Assembly: GCA_001464895.1 (NCBI GenBank)
Contig: LNEE01000037.1
Coordinates: 59,653 to 123,652 of the forward strand
DNA from: Betaproteobacteria bacterium Ga0077532
GTDB lineage: Bacteria > Pseudomonadota > Gammaproteobacteria > Burkholderiales > Ga0077523
Direction: 5' to 3'
Length of the DNA: 64,000 nt
In this document: positions 23,059 through 33,600 of the stretch, piece after piece
Layout of the letters: each line of letters opens with the position of its first letter
How positions within the stretch are numbered: position 1 is the stretch's first letter
The notes under the pieces: model-generated
Database searches by the model: none
Told to the model about the DNA's origin: nothing
What the model saw: the letters and a program-made list of their open reading frames with translations, nothing else
Program-made: the position numbers and the translations under genes

Positions 23059-23328
23059 TGTTCGATGTTTCGACGTGGATGGGTACGGTGATCGGCAGAT
23101 TGGGTCATGCCCACTCCTCCTTCCGCCCCTCCATGCTGCGGCGATGGTTTTGCGAGAACCGATGACACCCGCCCTGCGCTGAGCATTTGGCCGAACCGTC
23201 GTCACGAACCGAACCGCCGACGCTCACCGTCTGGCCAACTCCCACGTGCCCCCTGCTGTTCCCGCCGCTTTCGGTACCCACTTTCGCCACCCACTATCGC
23301 TGCTCCCTCTCGCTGCCCCACGTCGACC

Positions 23329-23805
23329 ATGTCCAACCGCACCCCGAACGACCTCAAGACCATCGGCCTCAAGGCAACGCTGCCACGGTTGAAGATTCTC
23401 AACCTGTTCGAGACCAGCACGGAACGCCACCTCACTGCCGAGGACGTCTACAAGATCCTGTTGGCAGAGGGCATGGACATCGGGCTCGCCACGATCTACC
23501 GGGTGCTCACCCAATTCGAGCAGGCAGGCCTCCTGTCGCGTCACCATTTCGAGAGCGGCAAGGCCGTGTTCGAACTGAACGAAGGCGGGCACCACGACCA
23601 TCTCGTCTGCCTCCAGTGCGGCCACGTGGAGGAGTTCTTCGACCCGGAAATCGAGAAGCGCCAGGACGCCATCGCGCGGGAACGCGGCTTCGCGATCCAC
23701 GAGCATTCGCTTCAGCTCTACGCGTACTGCAACCGCCCGAACTGCCCGAACCGCAAGGGCGGCGGGACGCGCACCCCGGTGGAACCGCCTTCCGCCGAAG
23801 GCTGA
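23329..23805 (+). CDS. fur: Ferric uptake regulator Fur
   Basis: Starts [28 protein letters not shown], with [16 protein letters not shown]. The start is the ATG at residue 75 of ORF 23107..23805. Confidence 0.93.
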   Translation: MSNRTPNDLKTIGLKATLPRLKILNLFETSTERHLTAEDVYKILLAEGMDIGLATIYRVLTQFEQAGLLSRHHFESGKAVFELNEGGHHDHLVCLQCGHVEEFFDPEIEKRQDAIARERGFAIHEHSLQLYAYCNRPNCPNRKGGGTRTPVEPPSAEG

Positions 23806-23825
23806 TACGAGGGCCGCTCGGGGCG

Positions 23826-25505
23826 CTAGCGCCGCACCTCGCCGATTGCGTGGGTCGCCAGCATCTCGGCGGCATGCGCGAGCGTCGCCTCGGTGATCTT
23901 CACCCCACCCAGCATCCGCGCGACCTCCCCGATGCGTCCCGGGGCATCCAGTGACTCCACTGTGGACATCGTCCGCCCCTGGGACGAACGCTTCGCGACG
24001 CGCCAATGATGGTCGGCCGCCGCGGCCACCTGCGGCAGATGGGTGATGCACAGCGTCTGCCGCCCCTGCCCGAGTGCGCGCAACATCTGGCCGACGATCT
24101 CGGCAACACCGCCGCCTATCCCCGCATCCACTTCGTCGAACACCAGGGTCGGGACCGGCGCAACCCGCCTGGTCACCGTCTGGATCGCCAGCGACAACCG
24201 CGCAAGCTCGCCGCCCGATGCCGTCCGTGCCACGGGGGCGAGCACGCCGCCCTCGTGGCCGGCCATGCGGAACTCGACCTGTTCGCGGCCTGCGGGAGAT
24301 GGATCGGCAAGCGGGACGAGGCCCACTTCGAAACGTCCACCCGCCATGGCCAGCACCTGCATCGACGCCGTGACCTCGGCGCCGAGCGTCGCAGCGCCGC
24401 GCTTGCGCAATCGGGTCAGTTCAGTGGCGCGGACGTCGAATTCCGTGCGGGCCGCGGCCACCGCCCGTGCAAGTGCGGCCGGATCCGTTGTCGCCTCGAG
24501 CCTTGCCAACTGCGCTTCGAGATCCGCGAGGCGCGCCGGCAATGCCTCCGGCGGAATCCGATGCTTGCGCGCCAGACTCACCACCGCGTCGAGCCGGGAC
24601 TCGACCTCGCGCAATCGGGCCGGATCGAGATCGAGGCGCTGGCGGTAGTGCCGCAGCGCATACACGGCCTCCTTCAGCTGGATCTCCGCAGGCTCGAGGG
24701 CCGCGAGGACATCGCCGAGCCCGGGATCGTGCGCGGCAAGCTGGCGCAGGCGCGACGCCGCGGCACCGACCACCGAAAGCGCAGCCGCATCGCCCTCCGA
24801 AAGCGCCTCCAGGGACATCTCGGCACCTTCGATCAACGCAGCCGCGTGCGCAAGGCGACCATGGTCTGCCTGGAGCACCTGCCATTCATCCGCCCCCAGA
24901 CCCAGCTGACGAAGCTCGCCGGCCTGCCACTCCAGGCGATCGCGTTCGTCCGCCGCCGTCGCGGACCGGGCCGCTGCCTCGATCTGCGCGTCAACGGCGG
25001 CGCGCCACTCGCGATGCGCAGCGGCGACCCGAGCTGATGCGTCGGTGGCGCCTGCGAAATCGTCCAGCAGACGCCGTTGCTCCGGCGCCCGCATGAGGGA
25101 CTGGTGCTCGTGCTGGCCGTGGATGTCCACGAGATGCTCGCCGATCTCGCGAAGCTGGGTCGCCGTCGCCGGTCGGCCGTTCACGTACGCCCGCGATCGG
25201 CCGCCTGCCTCCACCACCCTGCGCAGCAGACACAGATCGTCATCCCCGGTCAGATCCAGGTCGGCCAGCAACGCCGCCACGTGCGGGAGACGGGAGATGT
25301 CGAATTCGGCGGCGACGTCGGCCCGATCACAGCCCGCGCGGACGACGCCGGCATCCGCGCGCGCACCGAGCACGAGCAGCAGTGCATCGACGAGGATGGA
25401 CTTGCCGGCGCCGGTTTCGCCGGTGAAGACGCCGAACCCCTCGCCGAACTCGAGGCGGAGGCGTTCGACGATCACGAAATCCTGTATCTCGAGGGCTAGG
25501 AACAT
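23826..25505 (-). CDS. recN: DNA repair protein RecN
   Basis: 559 aa with N-terminal Walker A FTGETGAGKSILVDAL, a coiled-coil middle, and the C-terminal SGGELARLSLA and LVFDEVDAGIGG motifs. Confidence 0.95.
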   Translation of the reverse strand: MFLALEIQDFVIVERLRLEFGEGFGVFTGETGAGKSILVDALLLVLGARADAGVVRAGCDRADVAAEFDISRLPHVAALLADLDLTGDDDLCLLRRVVEAGGRSRAYVNGRPATATQLREIGEHLVDIHGQHEHQSLMRAPEQRRLLDDFAGATDASARVAAAHREWRAAVDAQIEAAARSATAADERDRLEWQAGELRQLGLGADEWQVLQADHGRLAHAAALIEGAEMSLEALSEGDAAALSVVGAAASRLRQLAAHDPGLGDVLAALEPAEIQLKEAVYALRHYRQRLDLDPARLREVESRLDAVVSLARKHRIPPEALPARLADLEAQLARLEATTDPAALARAVAAARTEFDVRATELTRLRKRGAATLGAEVTASMQVLAMAGGRFEVGLVPLADPSPAGREQVEFRMAGHEGGVLAPVARTASGGELARLSLAIQTVTRRVAPVPTLVFDEVDAGIGGGVAEIVGQMLRALGQGRQTLCITHLPQVAAAADHHWRVAKRSSQGRTMSTVESLDAPGRIGEVARMLGGVKITEATLAHAAEMLATHAIGEVRR

Positions 25506-25542
25506 CGACGGCTTCCGGGACTGACGGCTCCGCGCGACCCGC

Positions 25543-26418
25543 TCAACGGCCGGGGGTCTCGCTCCAGTGGAGCTTCTCGCGAAGCATGTGGTAGTAGTCG
25601 TGCGACGACGGGTGGAGCAGCCGGATCTGATGCTTGCAGCGGCGGACGAGGATCCGGTCGCCCTCCTTCAATTCGCAGTGGGAGTGGCTGTCGAAGTGGG
25701 CCCGGGCATCGGCAGCACTGCGCACCAGGATCTCGATGGTGCAATCGGCCGACACGAGGATGGGCCGGTTCGACAGCGTGTGCGGGCAGACGGGCACGAG
25801 CGAGAGCACCGATACCGAAGGGTGCACGATCGGTCCGCCGGCGGAGAGCGCGTAGGCCGTGGAGCCCGTGGGCGAAGCCACGATGAGGCCATCCGCGCGG
25901 AGGTCGTAGACGAACTGACCGTCCACGCGCACCTCCAGCTCGATGAGGCTCCCTTCGGTGCCCTTGTTCACCGACACATCGTTGAACGCCAGGACGTCCA
26001 TGACGCGCAGATGCCCCCGGCGGACTTCCGAGTCGAGCAGCATCCGGGTCTCGGTCACGTACTCGCCCGCCAGCATCGCGCCGATCGTCTCGCACATGGT
26101 GTCGATGGACACGTCGGTGAGGAAGCCGAGACGGCCCACGTTCACGCCGACGAGCGGAACGTCGTAGGGGGCGAGCGTACGGGCGATGTTGAGCATCGTG
26201 CCGTCGCCACCGATGACGATCGCGACATCGGCCTGGTGTCCGATCCCTTCCAGCGGGAGCACAAGCTGGCGGAGGTCGCCCACATGGACGGCGGTGAGCG
26301 GGTCGATGACCACCGAGAAGCCCCGCTGCTCGAGAAACGCTGCCAGTTCCAGCAGCGGTTTCGCGATTTCCGGGCTCTTGTACTTGCCGATGAGCGCGAC
26401 GGTGCGGATGGTCTTCAT
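25543..26418 (-). CDS. nadK: NAD kinase
   Basis: 291 aa with VAIVIGGDGTMLNIAR, GVNVGRLGFLTD and SPTGSTAYALSAGGPI. Confidence 0.93.
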   Translation of the reverse strand: MKTIRTVALIGKYKSPEIAKPLLELAAFLEQRGFSVVIDPLTAVHVGDLRQLVLPLEGIGHQADVAIVIGGDGTMLNIARTLAPYDVPLVGVNVGRLGFLTDVSIDTMCETIGAMLAGEYVTETRMLLDSEVRRGHLRVMDVLAFNDVSVNKGTEGSLIELEVRVDGQFVYDLRADGLIVASPTGSTAYALSAGGPIVHPSVSVLSLVPVCPHTLSNRPILVSADCTIEILVRSAADARAHFDSHSHCELKEGDRILVRRCKHQIRLLHPSSHDYYHMLREKLHWSETPGR

Positions 26419-26534
26419 CCGGCCGATTAAAGCACACTTCCTGCGCCAACCGCCCCTTCCCGGGACCCGCGATGGGCCCGTGCACCGAAGTGTTCTTCCC
26501 GCTGGAGCACGGACCTGTTTAGAATCGATTCACC

Positions 26535-27557
26535 ATGTTGAACGAACGCGCACGCATCCTCCTCAAGACCCTGGTCGAACGCTACATCGAGGACGGCGAG
26601 CCCGTGGGTTCCCGTTCGCTCGCCAAGTTCTCCGGCCTCGATCTCTCGCCCGCCAGCATCCGCAACATCATGGCCGACCTGGAGGAGATGGGGTACATCG
26701 CCAGCCCGCACACGTCGGCCGGGCGGGTCCCCACGCCCCGGGGCTACCGGTTGTTCGTCGACACCCTGCTCACGGTCCGCCCCCTCGCGGACATCGAGAT
26801 CAGCCACCTGGAAGGTCAGCTGCAGGTGGACAACACGCAGCGCCTCGTCACCTCGGCCTCCCACCTGCTCTCGGACATCACACGCTTCGCCAGCGTGGTC
26901 GTGGCCCCCCGGCGGCGCAACCCGGCGTTCCGGCACATCGAATTCCTGCGGCTGTCCGAGAACCGCATCCTGCTCATCATCGTCACGCCGGAAGGCGATG
27001 TGCAGAACCGCATCCTGGTGACCGATCGGCCGTACACGGCGTCTCAGCTCATCGAGGCGGCGAACTTCATCAACCAGAACTACGCCGGTCTCGAGCTCGA
27101 CGAGATCCACCGCCGGCTGAAGGCGGAGCTCCAGAAGCTGCACGGGGACATCTCGCAACTCATGACCCGGGCGCTGGAGGCCGGCACGCAGGCCATGGGC
27201 GACAGTGCCGGCGACTACGTGATCTCCGGGGAGCGCCATCTGCTCGACGTGGCCGACCTCTCGGGAAACATGGACAGCCTGCGGCGGCTCTTCGCGCTGT
27301 TCGAGCAGAAGACGGGCTTCCTGCAGTTGCTGGAGCTGTCGAGCCACGCGCAGGGCGTGAAGATCTTCATCGGCGGGGAATCGGGCCTCGTGCCGCTCGA
27401 CGAATGCAGCGTCGTCACCGCGCCCTACGAGGTCGACGGGCAGGTCGTGGGCACGGTGGGGGTCATCGGGCCGACCCGCATGGCCTACGAACGCATCATC
27501 CCCATCGTCGACATCACGGCCAAGCTGCTCTCCAGCGCGCTGTCGAACCAGAAGTAG
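26535..27557 (+). CDS. hrcA: Heat-inducible transcription repressor HrcA
   Basis: 340 aa starting [31 protein letters not shown], with [30 protein letters not shown]. Confidence 0.95.
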   Translation: MLNERARILLKTLVERYIEDGEPVGSRSLAKFSGLDLSPASIRNIMADLEEMGYIASPHTSAGRVPTPRGYRLFVDTLLTVRPLADIEISHLEGQLQVDNTQRLVTSASHLLSDITRFASVVVAPRRRNPAFRHIEFLRLSENRILLIIVTPEGDVQNRILVTDRPYTASQLIEAANFINQNYAGLELDEIHRRLKAELQKLHGDISQLMTRALEAGTQAMGDSAGDYVISGERHLLDVADLSGNMDSLRRLFALFEQKTGFLQLLELSSHAQGVKIFIGGESGLVPLDECSVVTAPYEVDGQVVGTVGVIGPTRMAYERIIPIVDITAKLLSSALSNQK

Positions 27558-27559
27558 CA

Positions 27560-27591
27560 CTCTCCGCCGTGCCGTCAGGCACGACGGAGAG
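27560..27591. terminator. Hairpin between convergent hrcA and the giant gene (candidate bidirectional terminator)
   Basis: CTCTCCGCCGTGCC-GTCA-GGCACGACGGAGAG: a 14-bp stem with one mismatch and a 4-nt loop. It starts 3 nt after the hrcA stop and ends 11 nt before the giant-gene stop. Confidence 0.55.
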
Positions 27592-27602
27592 TTCCCTTTC
27601 GA

Positions 27603-30600
27603 TCAGCGCTTCTGGGTGGCCGGCAGCGTCCGCAGCAGATTCTGCGATGCCGGAATCTGCGACAGTCTCTGCTTGAGATCCTTCGCCCAGTTGTCGGCCT
27701 GCCAGGACGACGCCTTGGTCTCCGATACCAGCGCGGAGGTGGTGGCCGACGTCACGATCGGCGCATCCCAGTTAACGCGCGTGATGGACGATGGCGCCGG
27801 CGCAGGCGGTGGGACCGCAACCGGCGCCATCCGCGCTGCGGGCGCGGGCGGTGCGGCTTCCACCACCGGCTCCGCCGCCATGGTCATGGAGACCTCGGAC
27901 ATCGAGACTGCGGGCGCTGGCGGCACTGGCGGTGTCGGCAGCGCAGGGATCTCCGGACGCGGCGCGCCGGCGAGGAACGCCGCAAACCGTGCGGCATCCA
28001 GGCTGGTGAGCGAGCCGTTGCCGTCGAGGTCCCCGATGATGACCGGGTCCAGGTTCCGCCAGGCGCTGAAGCCGGAGTCCAGCCTCGCGATCACCCGCTG
28101 GAGGCGGGTCAGGTCGGCAGAGGTATAGGCGCCGTCACCGTCGACATCCATGAAGTAGCCGACCGCATGGACGGTTTCATCGCCGAGCACTGCCTCGGAC
28201 GGGGCCGCCACGCCCCGCTTCAGCACGACGTCACCCCACTTCAGGCGACCCGGAATCCGAGTGCTGACCGCATCGGTCGGGACGGATCCCGTCAGCGTGA
28301 GCGGCGCCACGGTGCCCGCCGGCAGCGGTGCATCGAAGGTCACATCCACACGCAGTCCACCGGCGATCGCGGTGGTCACGATCGTCCCGGTGCGCCCGCC
28401 AGCGAACTGGAAGCCGGAGACAGCAAGCGAGTCGGCATCGAACAACAGGTCGAAGCTCAAGCTTGTGACGCCACCAGCCGCCGTGAGCCTCAGCGGCAGG
28501 TTCACCGCCTGGCCCGGACCGCGCGCGAAGTCACCCATCAACAACGCACTGGCGGGCAGCGTGCCCACGGTGAAACCGCCGGTGTAGTCGTCGCCAGCGG
28601 TCCCGTCGCCATTGCCGTCCAGCGACTCGCCTCCCAGGCTTGCAAGACCACCGATACCGGCGCGCAACCGGAGCCCGTAGGCCCCGGCCACGAGCGGGGT
28701 GCCGGTCTTCACGAAGGTGAAGCCGCGACCATCGTCGTCCATCACGACCGAGCCGCGCACCGCCGCCCCCGTGGGCCCCGTGAACGAAAGGTCCGCCGGG
28801 CCGTGACCGGCATCCGCCGCGTCGAACAGGTTGAGGCGGTTCGCGTCGATCACCCGATCGAAGCGCACGTGGAAGCCGCTGGTCGTGGATTCGAGCGACG
28901 TCACCTTCAGCGTGCCCGGCTGGACGTCCACGTTCACCGTGCCGACGTCCGTGAGGTCGCCATCCGAGACCGTGTACGTGAACGTGTCGGATCCGATGTA
29001 GCCCGCATTGGCGGTGTAGACGATCGAACCGTCGGCGGCGACGGAAACGGTGCCATGGGCAGCAGGACCGACATCGACGACCGACAGGGCATCGCCTTCG
29101 ATGTCCGAATCGTTGGCGAGCACATCGGAGGCCGGGATCACCAGCGCGACGCCATTCACCGCCGTCACCGAATCGTCCTCGGCCACCGGCGCGTCGTTCA
29201 CCGGCGTCACGTCGATGGTGACCGTGACGGGCGCGCTCGTCTTCGGACCGTCCGCCACGAAGCCGTTGGGCTCCAGCGGGCAGCCGCAATCGAGTTCGTC
29301 GTCGCCACCGTCGGTCACCGTGAAGACGAAGCTCACCGTGCCCGCGAAGTCCGCCGCGGGATCGTAGCGGAACGTGCCGTCCGGATTCAGTGTGAGCACG
29401 CCGCTCGCCGGGCCGCTCACGAGCGAGAACGTCAACTCGGCGGGCGTCTCGACGTCGGAGCCGGTCAACTGGCCGAGCAGCGGAGTGTCCTCGGCCACGG
29501 AAAGCATCGCCCCGTTCGCCACCGGTGCATCGTTGACCGGCCGCACCTTGAGGTTGACCGTGCCGACCGCCGACGCCAGGCCGTCGCTCACCCGGAACGT
29601 GAAGCTGTCGTTGCCGCGCACGTTCGCATCGGGCGTGAACGTCACCTGACGGGTGACCGGATCGATGGCGGAGAGCGCGCCCCGCTCCGGACCGGCTTCG
29701 ATGCTGAAGGTGAGCGCGTCACCGTTCGCATCGCTGGCGCCGAGGGTGATGACCAGGATGCCGTCCTCGTCGAGGAAGAGGGTCTGCGACTGCGGCACCG
29801 GCGGTGTGTTGGGCGCCGTGACGAAGACGCCGAGCGTGTTCGATGCGTAGGTGCCGTCCTCGTCGGTGGCGGTCGCCGTGATCGCGTAGTTGCTGCCGCC
29901 CGCGAAATACGTGTGATTTACGCTCGCGACATCGCCTGCGACCGTCTGGGTGAATCCGTCGCCCCAGTTGATCTCCCAGGAGACGATGGTGTCAGCCCCC
30001 GGATCGGTGGCGCCCAGGTTCAGCGTGAAGGGCGCGCCCTGATCCACCGCGGCCGCGCCGCTGATCGTGAGCGTCGGCGCGACGTTCTGGACGGTCACCT
30101 GGAAACCGACGGTGTCGAACGCCGCCGGCGAACCGACGTCGGTCGCGCGCACCGACACATCGACGATGGCGACGCCGTCTTCCGGCGTCCACGTGATGAG
30201 GCCGGTGGTTGCATCGATCGTCATGCCCGCCGGGGCAGCATCGAGCGACCAGACGAGCGCCTGGCCTTCGGGGTCGGTGGCCGACAGGTTAACCAGCAAC
30301 GTCGACCCTTCGAGCACCACCTGATCCTCGACAGGCGCGATCACCGGCGCATCGTTCACGGCGGTCACCGTGAGGCTCACCATCGCCACCGCGGACGTCA
30401 GCGCGTTGGCCGGCGTCCCGTCGGGGTCGCCGCGGTCGGTCACCGTGTACGTGAAGCTGTCGGTGCCGACGAAGTCCGCACCCGGGGTGTATGTCCAGCC
30501 CCCGGCCGGACCGAACGAGAGCGACCCGTTCACCGGCCCGGTGACCAGCGTGAAGACGAGGTCGGCGCGGCCGGTCTCGGTGTCGGAACCGCCGAGCACG

Positions 30601-33600
30601 ATGAGGCGCGGAGTATCCTCCTCCAGCGTGACCGCCTGGTCCGCGGCGATCGGGGCATCGTTCACCGGCAGGACGTTGAGCGTCACCGTGCCCGTATCGA
30701 TGCCGGCCTTGCCGTCGTCCACCTGGAACTGGAAGGCGTCCGGTCCGGTGTACCCCGGTGTCGGCGTGTACACCACCGTGCGCGCCACCGGATCGAAGTC
30801 GCTCAGCACGCCCTGGGCGGGCGCCGAGATCAGCGTGTAGGTGAGCGCGTCGCCGTTGCCGTCGGTGGCCGACAGCGTGATCGTCACGGCACCGTCCTCG
30901 TTCACCGTGCGGACCTGATCGTTCGCGACCGGCGCGGCATTGGTCGTGCGGTCGATCGTGAAGAACCGGATGTAATCGTCGCCGCCGGTGCCGTCCGAGT
31001 TGCCGTCGAGCGGGTTGCCCGAGAGGTCGTAGATGGCCTTCGTTCCGGACAGCGTCAGGCGGTAGGCCCCGTCCGACAGGATGCCGGGCGTCCCGCCGGG
31101 GCCCGTCAGGAAGTCGAGCGTGAGCGCCGTCTCGGGATACGAGTAGGCCGGCCGCAGCGCGATGATCACGTCGTCGACGGTGTCGAAGAGTCCGTCGACC
31201 CCGGCACGGCGGAGGTCGTAGTTGGCCGGGCTCTTCGCGCTGATGCTGTTCAGCGCTTCCGACATCGTGACCTGCAGACTGCTGAAAGCGAGCGCCGTGG
31301 TCCCGTTGTCCGGCGGCAGCGTGCTCACGGCCTCGACCGTGGGCGCCACCGCATCGCCCGAGTTGCCAAGGAACTCGTAGGCGCCGATATCGAAATAGGT
31401 GAGCCCCGGGGTTCGCGTGAACAGCACGCTGGGCGCGTTCTCGAGGCTGTCCGCCCCGTTGTACGCAGAGGTGACGAACGTGAACCCGTTGCCCGCCGAG
31501 AGACCGACTGTCGGCGTGAGCGACTTGTTGCCGTCACCGTAGTCGAACCGGATGTTGCCGTTGGCGAACAGCGTGACCGAGAAGTTGACGTCGCCTCCAC
31601 CGGTTTCCTGACGCGTCGCGGCCCAGCGGATGGTGACCTCACCGGCCACCGTGCTGTCGACGAAGATGTTGCCCACGGTGGAACCCGACGCGGCGGACTG
31701 CGTCGTGTCGGTCCGGAGGTTGTCCCACAGCGGCGCGATGCGGACGTTGCGGATCAGTTGATCGAGCGTGTTGGCATCGCCACCCGAGGCACTGTCGAGC
31801 CCGCCGAAATGCAGGAACCCGTTCACAGAGGCCTGCACCGAGGTGTAGGTCTTTCCGTAGAACTCGAACGCGAAGGGCAGCGTGATCGCAGCCGCGCTGC
31901 TGGTCGCGCGGAGCGGCAGCGCCGTGCCGGTCTCGACATAGCTGCTGCCACCAGACGTGGATTCCACGAAGAGATCCCAGCCGATGCCGGTGTTCACCGT
32001 CGACGGATCGTCATGGCGCTGGCGATCCTCGATGTCGCGCAGCGCGGCATCGTGGGGATAGTTGGGCACCGGCTTCGCCGCCTCGTAGGCATTGCCCGCA
32101 TCGATGGCGGCAGAGCCCGCATCGAGGCTGAAGTTGTCGTCGTAGCCGTTGCCGGTGGTGACATCCTGGTCACCCAGGACGTTGTCCGCACCGTCGATGT
32201 CGAGGAATTTCGGATCGCCGGTCTTCCCGGAGGCGTCGTGATTCACGGAGACCGACTGCCAGGCCGCCAGCGTCTCCCGCTGCGTGGCACCCCAGCGGCC
32301 CACGAGCGCGGCGGCAGTGCGCAGATCGAACAGGTTCCAGTCGGAACTGAAGCCTGGCTGACCGTCCGCCGTGACGTTGATGGCGTAGCCGTTGCCCACG
32401 GAAAGAATGTTGTTGCGGATGCGGACGTTGTTCGTCCCCGTCACGCGGATCGCGTCGCCCGTTCCCTGCCAGACCGTGTTGTTGTAGATCACACGATCAC
32501 CCGCCGAGTGGTTGTAGGTGGCGGTGATCCCGACGTTGGTGTTGGCGTAGACGAGGTTGCCGAAGATCTCGGAGGAGCCCGAATCGTAGATCCCGCTCGA
32601 ATTCGAATAGACGTAGTTGCGGGAGATGTTCGAAGAGGCGTAAGTGACGATGCCGGTCCCGTTGTCGAACGACCGGTTACCGACGATCTGCCCCTGATAG
32701 CCGGTCTGGATCCCGATCGTGTTGTCGTAGGCGTCGTTGTCGATGATGAGCGACGGGCTGTTGTAGCTGTAGATCCCGATGTCGCCCGGCCCGTTGTGGT
32801 TGTAGACGCGGTTGCCGCGAGCGGTGACGTAGCTGGAGATGTCGATGCCCACGCTGCCGTTGTCGTGGACGTCGTTGCCGATCACGAGCGAGCGGGTCGC
32901 CTCGGTTCCGTTGGAGACGCTGATGCCGCGATTGTTGTTCCCGTAGACCTCGTTGTTCTCGATCCGGAGCCTCTCGGCACTGCTGCTGGCGACACCGTTC
33001 TGCAGGTTGTTGTGGATCGTGCTGTCTCGGATGACCCAGTCCGAATGCCCGTTGCTGATCTGCACGCCGTGGCTGGCGTTGCTGTAGATGTCCATGAACC
33101 GCAGCAGCACGTTGTCGTTGCCGGCTGTGCCGACCGCCTCGATGCCATGCTGGCCACCGGTCACGTTCAGCCATTCGAGCGTGACGTTGGATGCGCCCTC
33201 GAACGAGAAGACCCTCTGGTCGGTGGTCGTGTTGCCACGATTGAGGACTGCATCGTGGGTCGGCAGGACCGGGCCGCGGATCGTGACGCCGGAATCCTGC
33301 GCCGTGAGGACGATGTTGGTGGCGAGGTTGTAGACGCCCGTGTCGACATGGATCACGTCGCCGGGGTCGAGATCGTAGGCCCGCAGCAGCGCGGCGAGGG
33401 AGGCCATCGGTGTCGCAGCGGTCTTGCCGTCGTTGGCATTGTTGCCGGCCGCCGTCGTGTACTCGTTGCCGACCAGGGATCCGTCGTTCACGTAGTAGGC
33501 CGTGCCGGCATTCGCGATCTGGAACGGAGCGTTGGAGACGTCCGTCACGGTGTTGGCGCCCGCGTGACCCGTGGCCCGGATCAGCGCATTCGTCGCGACC

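Noticed and set aside
23815-23832. 12-bp palindrome GGCGCTAGCGCC between fur and recN as a regulatory site
   Set aside because: It overlaps the recN stop codon in a 20-bp convergent spacer. It is most simply a short 3' hairpin, and I see no evidence for an operator function.
26419-26534. CIRCE operator (TTAGCACTC-N9-GAGTGCTAA) upstream of hrcA
   Set aside because: Only a loose TTAAAGCACACTT is present, with no inverted partner. There is no convincing CIRCE in this window.
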